Shown in pieces: positions 59,757 through 64,000 of a DNA stretch of 64,000 bases. The stretch's first letter is position 1, and every line of letters begins with the position of its first letter. The position numbers and the translations under genes were made by a program. A model generated the notes under the pieces. That model saw only the letters and a list, made by a program, of their open reading frames with translations, ran no database searches and was not told the DNA's origin. The stretch comes from an uncultured Chloroflexia bacterium (GTDB taxonomy: Bacteria; Chloroflexota; Limnocylindria; Limnocylindrales; CSP1-4): assembly GCA_963752475.1 (NCBI GenBank), contig CAVVYR010000006.1:799074-863073 (forward strand). The letters are read 5' to 3'.

Positions 59757-60395
59757 CTACTCGTCTGGGCCGAGCGGCACGATGGTCTCGACCATGTGGG
59801 CCGTGACACCCAAGGCGATCCCCTCCTCGGTGATCTCGCCCACCCATCCGATGGGCACCGCTCGTCGTTCCAGCGAGAGCCCGCCGGCGTCGATGATGAA
59901 GTGCGTTGGCCGGCCGTCGTCGGTCGCCAGCACCCGCTCGAGGTGCCCCACCACCACATGGTCGGAGGACAGCACCGCCAATCCGGCCTCGAGCGCGAGG
60001 AGCCGGTCGGGGATATTGCGCTCGCTCACTGATAGCAGGGCGTCACGGTGCATCGGGGGAGCGATCCCGATCGGGCCGTACCAGGCGGACACGAATCCGG
60101 GATCGTAGACCACGTCACCCTCACGCAGGTCTGTCTCGTCCAGCGGCACGAAGTGGCGCTCGACGAATGGGTCGAGCCGTGTGGAATCCACGCCCTGCCT
60201 GAGGTTGATGCGCTCGGGTGTCGCGGTCGAGATGTCCTCGAAGTGGATCAGCTTGTCCTCGGGAAAGAAGATGCCCTTACGCACGACGACGTGCGTAAGC
60301 TGCTGCGTGACCGGATCGATGACGATCCGATCGACGCTGCCCACGTGCTTGTCGTCGGCGGTGTAGACATCGGTGTTCTTCGTGACCTCCAGCAT
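59757..60395 (-). CDS. Tandem PRC-barrel domain protein
   Basis: DVYTADDKHVGSVDRIVIDP...THVVV, plus a second similar unit. Confidence 0.8.
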   Translation of the reverse strand: MLEVTKNTDVYTADDKHVGSVDRIVIDPVTQQLTHVVVRKGIFFPEDKLIHFEDISTATPERINLRQGVDSTRLDPFVERHFVPLDETDLREGDVVYDPGFVSAWYGPIGIAPPMHRDALLSVSERNIPDRLLALEAGLAVLSSDHVVVGHLERVLATDDGRPTHFIIDAGGLSLERRAVPIGWVGEITEEGIALGVTAHMVETIVPLGPDE

Positions 60396-60699
60396 GTGGT
60401 CCTCCTCAGGCGCGGGACGTGTCCGACGGTAGCGAGGGCACGGTCACAGGCGCGCGTCGCTGGCCGGCGCTGGTCATCACAGATGCATTGCGACGGGGCC
60501 TCGCCCGCGTCGGACGGTTCGGCGAGCGAGAGCTCAGCCAGTAGGTCGCAAGGGAACTGATAGGTCCTCGGCCGCTCCGAAGCGTCCGTCTGCGACGGGC
60601 GCGAACCTACCGTAGGGAACGAAGTGACGGGTGCTGAGGCCTTCTTACGCGGCCAGCCTGCCTGTCGACGAGCTGTTCGAGAGAACCGGAGGACCACGG

Positions 60700-60972
60700 A
60701 TGATCATCGACATCATCGCCTGGCTCGTGCTCGGCGCCATCGCGGGCTATGTGGCCGGCCTGATCGTCGAGGGCGATGAGGGACTCGGCGTCATCGGGCA
60801 CGTCGCGCTCGGTATCGTTGGTGCCGTGGTCGGCGGGTTCATCGTCGGCGCGCTCGGGTTCAACACTGGCCGCGAGGATGGAGACATCCTCAACCTGGCC
60901 TCGATCGTGGTCGCGGTCATCGGCGCCATCATCACCGTGGTCGTGGCCGGCTTCGTGATGAAGCGACGCTAG
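60700..60972 (+). CDS. GlsB/YeaQ/YmgE family stress membrane protein
   Basis: IIAWLVLGAIAG..A...LGIVGAVVGG...VAVIGA. Confidence 0.88.
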   Translation: MIIDIIAWLVLGAIAGYVAGLIVEGDEGLGVIGHVALGIVGAVVGGFIVGALGFNTGREDGDILNLASIVVAVIGAIITVVVAGFVMKRR

Positions 60973-61044
60973 CCGATGACGAGGCTGAGTACGGGCCGCT
61001 CCGCTAGCATGCGTCGCAACGAGGCCCACAACCGAGAGGCGGAC

Positions 61045-61404
61045 ATGACCGACGGACAGAACCCTACGCGAGCCGAACAGTCGAAGGTGCCACCAGAAGC
61101 GTGGGCGGGCTGGTGTGAGCAGGCCACGACCGAGCACAGCGGGAAGGAAGTGCTCGTCCGCCAGGCTGACCGAGCGCTCGGTGAGGTCGAGCTGGCGAAG
61201 GGCCAGCAACTCGTCGCATTCGAGTACGACGAGTTCGGCAAGACCACGGCACTGACCATCAAGTGTGGCTCCAGTGCGGTGCCCGTGAGCTATGTGGTCG
61301 CCGAGCCGCGATCCATCGAGGAGCATCGTGACAGCGACGGATCCGTCGACGAGGTCAGCATCCTTGATGTCACCGGCCGCCGGACATCGGTGAGCCTGGA
61401 TTGA
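61045..61404 (+). CDS. Hypothetical protein (DUF5335-like)
   Basis: VP...W...C...T.EH, FEYD, H/Y.V.EP pattern; SD GAGG. Confidence 0.6.
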   Translation: MTDGQNPTRAEQSKVPPEAWAGWCEQATTEHSGKEVLVRQADRALGEVELAKGQQLVAFEYDEFGKTTALTIKCGSSAVPVSYVVAEPRSIEEHRDSDGSVDEVSILDVTGRRTSVSLD

Positions 61405-61642
61405 CGGGGCCGCCATGCGCCCGCTCGAACATCGCCCAAGCCCGATGCCCCGGCGGTCGAAGCCACTGCTTTCGGCGCTGAGTGCCTGGCTGAAGAGCCC
61501 TTCGAGGCCGATGTCTACCCCTTCGTCAGGCACTTCCGCGCCACCGCTTCCCGGTCGCGAACCCATCACCGACCGGGAAGGCCTAGAGCCGGGCGGTCCG
61601 GCAGCTGAGTTGCACCCGGGCCAGGCGCTCGGCCGTTCGCGC

Positions 61643-62872
61643 TCAGGGTCGCGCGAGAGTGCCGTCCGGGAGCCTCGCCTGGGTCCAGCCGACGACGCCA
61701 TCGGAGAACTGGGCCATCTCGGGGCCGAGGGGGTAGCGCTCGGCGAGTTCTTCATCGATGTCGATACCCAGGCCCGGTGCGTCACTCGGGTGGAGGTATC
61801 CGTCATGCAACTCGGGTGCGCCCGGGAACACCTCGCGGAGCGCATCGGGGAAGCCGGTGAACTCTTGGATCCCGAAGTTCGGCAAGGAGACGTCGAGGTT
61901 GAGGTTGGCGGCATGACCCACCGGTGAGACATCGCCGGGTCCATGGAAGGCCGTGCGCACCCCGAACGACTCGGCCAGCGCCGCCAGCTTGCGGGCAGGC
62001 GTGATGCCCCCGATATCGCTGATGTGAACGCGGATGAAGTCGAGCTCACGTCGGACGATCGCCCCTCGCCACTCGAGCGGGTGGGTGAACAACTCGCCGA
62101 TGGCGATGGGCGTCACCGTGTGTCGACGGAACTGACCCAGCCAGTCCACGTCTTCCGGAGCGAACGGGTCCTCGAGGTAGTACAGGTCGAAAGGCTCGAG
62201 CTCCTTGGCCAGGCGGATGGCGTCGATGGGTGCCAGGCGTTCATGGACGTCGTGGAGGAGCTCCAGTTCGGAGCCGACGCGGCTGCGGACGAACTCGAAG
62301 AGCTCGGGGATCGCGCGAGCGTAGGTGGCCCGGTCGTAGTAGCTCCCGGGCTGCGTCCGCAGCGGCTCGTGGTTCCCCGAGTTCGCTTCGCTGGCACCGC
62401 TCGCTCCGTAGCCAAGCAGCTGGCAGCGCACGTGTCCCAGCCCGCCCTCCTGCAGTTCGAGGACGTGTTCGAGGACCTCTTGGGGATCTCGGCCGTCGGC
62501 ATGAGCGTAGGTCGCGGCGGCCTCGCGGACCTTGCCCCCCAGGAGCTCGTAGAGCGGCAGGCCGGCGACTTTGCCCTTGATGTCCCAGAGCGCCTGGTCG
62601 ACGCCCGACAGGGCGTTGTTGAGGACCGGCCCGTTGCGCCAGTAGGCGTTCTGGTAGACGAGCTGCCAGAGGTCCTCGATACGGTGCGGGTCACGACTGA
62701 GCAGAAGTGGCTCGAGATACTCCTCTACCACGGTCCGGACCGCCAGCAGTCGCTGCGTGAAGGTGGCACAGCCGAGGCCATATAGACCAGGCTCGGACGT
62801 CTGAACCTTGACCACAGCCAGCCCGATGCCCGCGGGCGCAGTGAGGATACATTTGACCCCGGTGATGCGCAT
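61643..62872 (-). CDS. Enolase-superfamily sugar-acid dehydratase (RspA/ManD-like)
   Basis: GLGCATFTQR, YWRNGPV, DQALWDIKGK, LHDVHER, YLED, GEL, HGPGD. Confidence 0.92.
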   Translation of the reverse strand: MRITGVKCILTAPAGIGLAVVKVQTSEPGLYGLGCATFTQRLLAVRTVVEEYLEPLLLSRDPHRIEDLWQLVYQNAYWRNGPVLNNALSGVDQALWDIKGKVAGLPLYELLGGKVREAAATYAHADGRDPQEVLEHVLELQEGGLGHVRCQLLGYGASGASEANSGNHEPLRTQPGSYYDRATYARAIPELFEFVRSRVGSELELLHDVHERLAPIDAIRLAKELEPFDLYYLEDPFAPEDVDWLGQFRRHTVTPIAIGELFTHPLEWRGAIVRRELDFIRVHISDIGGITPARKLAALAESFGVRTAFHGPGDVSPVGHAANLNLDVSLPNFGIQEFTGFPDALREVFPGAPELHDGYLHPSDAPGLGIDIDEELAERYPLGPEMAQFSDGVVGWTQARLPDGTLARP

Positions 62873-62874
62873 GG

Positions 62875-63747
62875 CTAGCTCCTCCATGAGTGTCGCGGCA
62901 CCCAGCCCAGCACGTCGCAGGCGTGGCGGCAGTCGATAAGGGAACGATACGGGTCGCCCGCGAGGTAGGCGTCGAGATCCACGTCGCGCCAACGCGCCTC
63001 TGGATGGAAGCGCTCGACGAGCTCGCGTGTGGGCTCGGGCACTGAGGTATCGGCGGCCGCCAGCAGGAAACGGTCGTGCTTGATGGCGGTCGCACGCAGG
63101 CTCAGGAGGACCGCCTCGACGACATCGCGCACGTCGACGTAGGCCCAGAGCTCGTGGCGCCAGGGCTCGATGAATGCCTCCGTACCGAGCCCCTCGATGT
63201 GAGGGCTGGCCGGGTGCGACACGAATACCGGCCGCAGGCAGATCGTGGCAAGGCCATGCGTCTCCGAGAAGCTCCGGCAGGTCTCCTCCATAAGGTGCTT
63301 CGACAACTGGTACGGGCTCGTAGGGTGATGTGGCACTTCATCATCGAGTGGCAGGTATGGGATCGGCCGGCGGCCGCCCGTGCTCCCCTGCGCGTTGATG
63401 CTCGAGAGCGCGACAAAGCGGTCGACCCCGGCTTCGCTGGCCGCCTGCAGGACGTTCCACGTCCCCATCACGTTCGTTGCGATGACGCTCGAGCCATCCC
63501 CTCGATCCCAAGGGATGGCGCCGGCATGGACGATTGCGTCGGCGCCCTTGGTGGCGTCGCGCACGGCCGCGAGATCAAGCAGATCGACGCTGTGGTGATC
63601 ACCACCATGGACAGTCGAGGGTGCCTTGTCGAGGGTGCGCAGGGTGTAGCCCGCCGCACGGAGTCCCGGGCCGATATGGGAGCCGATCGCGCCCTCGGAT
63701 CCCGTCAGCAGTACCAGGCCGCGCCCATCCGCTCGTGCGCTCGTCAT
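62875..63747 (-). CDS. NAD-dependent epimerase/dehydratase (uronate dehydrogenase-like)
   Basis: TGSEGAIG, HAGA, SSIN, YQLSK. Confidence 0.88.
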   Translation of the reverse strand: MTSARADGRGLVLLTGSEGAIGSHIGPGLRAAGYTLRTLDKAPSTVHGGDHHSVDLLDLAAVRDATKGADAIVHAGAIPWDRGDGSSVIATNVMGTWNVLQAASEAGVDRFVALSSINAQGSTGGRRPIPYLPLDDEVPHHPTSPYQLSKHLMEETCRSFSETHGLATICLRPVFVSHPASPHIEGLGTEAFIEPWRHELWAYVDVRDVVEAVLLSLRATAIKHDRFLLAAADTSVPEPTRELVERFHPEARWRDVDLDAYLAGDPYRSLIDCRHACDVLGWVPRHSWRS

Positions 63748-63777
63748 CGGCCTCCCTTCCGTCTCTCAGCGTCCCGG

Positions 63778-63860
63778 CAAGTAAACGCTTACATAGAACA
63801 TGTCAATAAGGAGCATTTAGAGCGTGTATACGCTTACTTGACAGGTACTCTAGCATGTGG
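63778..63860. promoter_or_regulatory. AT-rich divergent promoter region with two LacI-type operators
   Basis: GTAAACGCTTAC (63781-92) and GTATACGCTTAC (63826-37); TTGACA on the minus strand (63801-06) and the plus strand (63838-43). Confidence 0.65.
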
Positions 63861-64000
63861 ACTAACCCACACGGGACTACCCGCCAAGAGGCCGAGTCGC
63901 AGGCGCCGAACGGAGGAGACGCCTAGGGACCGAAGGAATGCCTCACCCCCACTAGAGGCCCACCGGAGAAGCCGGTAGCACGCCTCGGATCTCACTGAAG

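Overview
High-GC bacterial chromosome segment with no phage, IS or CRISPR signal. The gene style suggests Chloroflexota (Limnocylindria-like), which is an inference only. Housekeeping content: lhr, rsgA, a class II aldolase, mrp, cinA, groEL with a CIRCE operator, tRNA-Leu(TAG), and tig-clpP-clpX. The left end is a catabolic cluster: a cyclase, two Zn dehydrogenases sharing an identical 490-bp 5' half, a truncated PPDK fused to an Rv1126c-like domain, and PFK. The most striking system is a family of five ECF sigma/partner cassettes. Every partner gene has an internal Shine-Dalgarno + ATG just before its hydrophobic segment. Three partners also carry a DNA-level conserved motif, CCCTTT-N16-CGTAG, 43-48 nt upstream of that ATG. 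This suggests one gene makes both a membrane anti-sigma (long form) and a sigma-induced secreted protein (short form) from a promoter hidden in its own coding sequence. A second candidate system is a leader-peptide/terminator attenuator in front of an ABC transporter-rsgA-4x GNAT operon. Several single-base frameshifts, including one in tig, look like sequencing indels.
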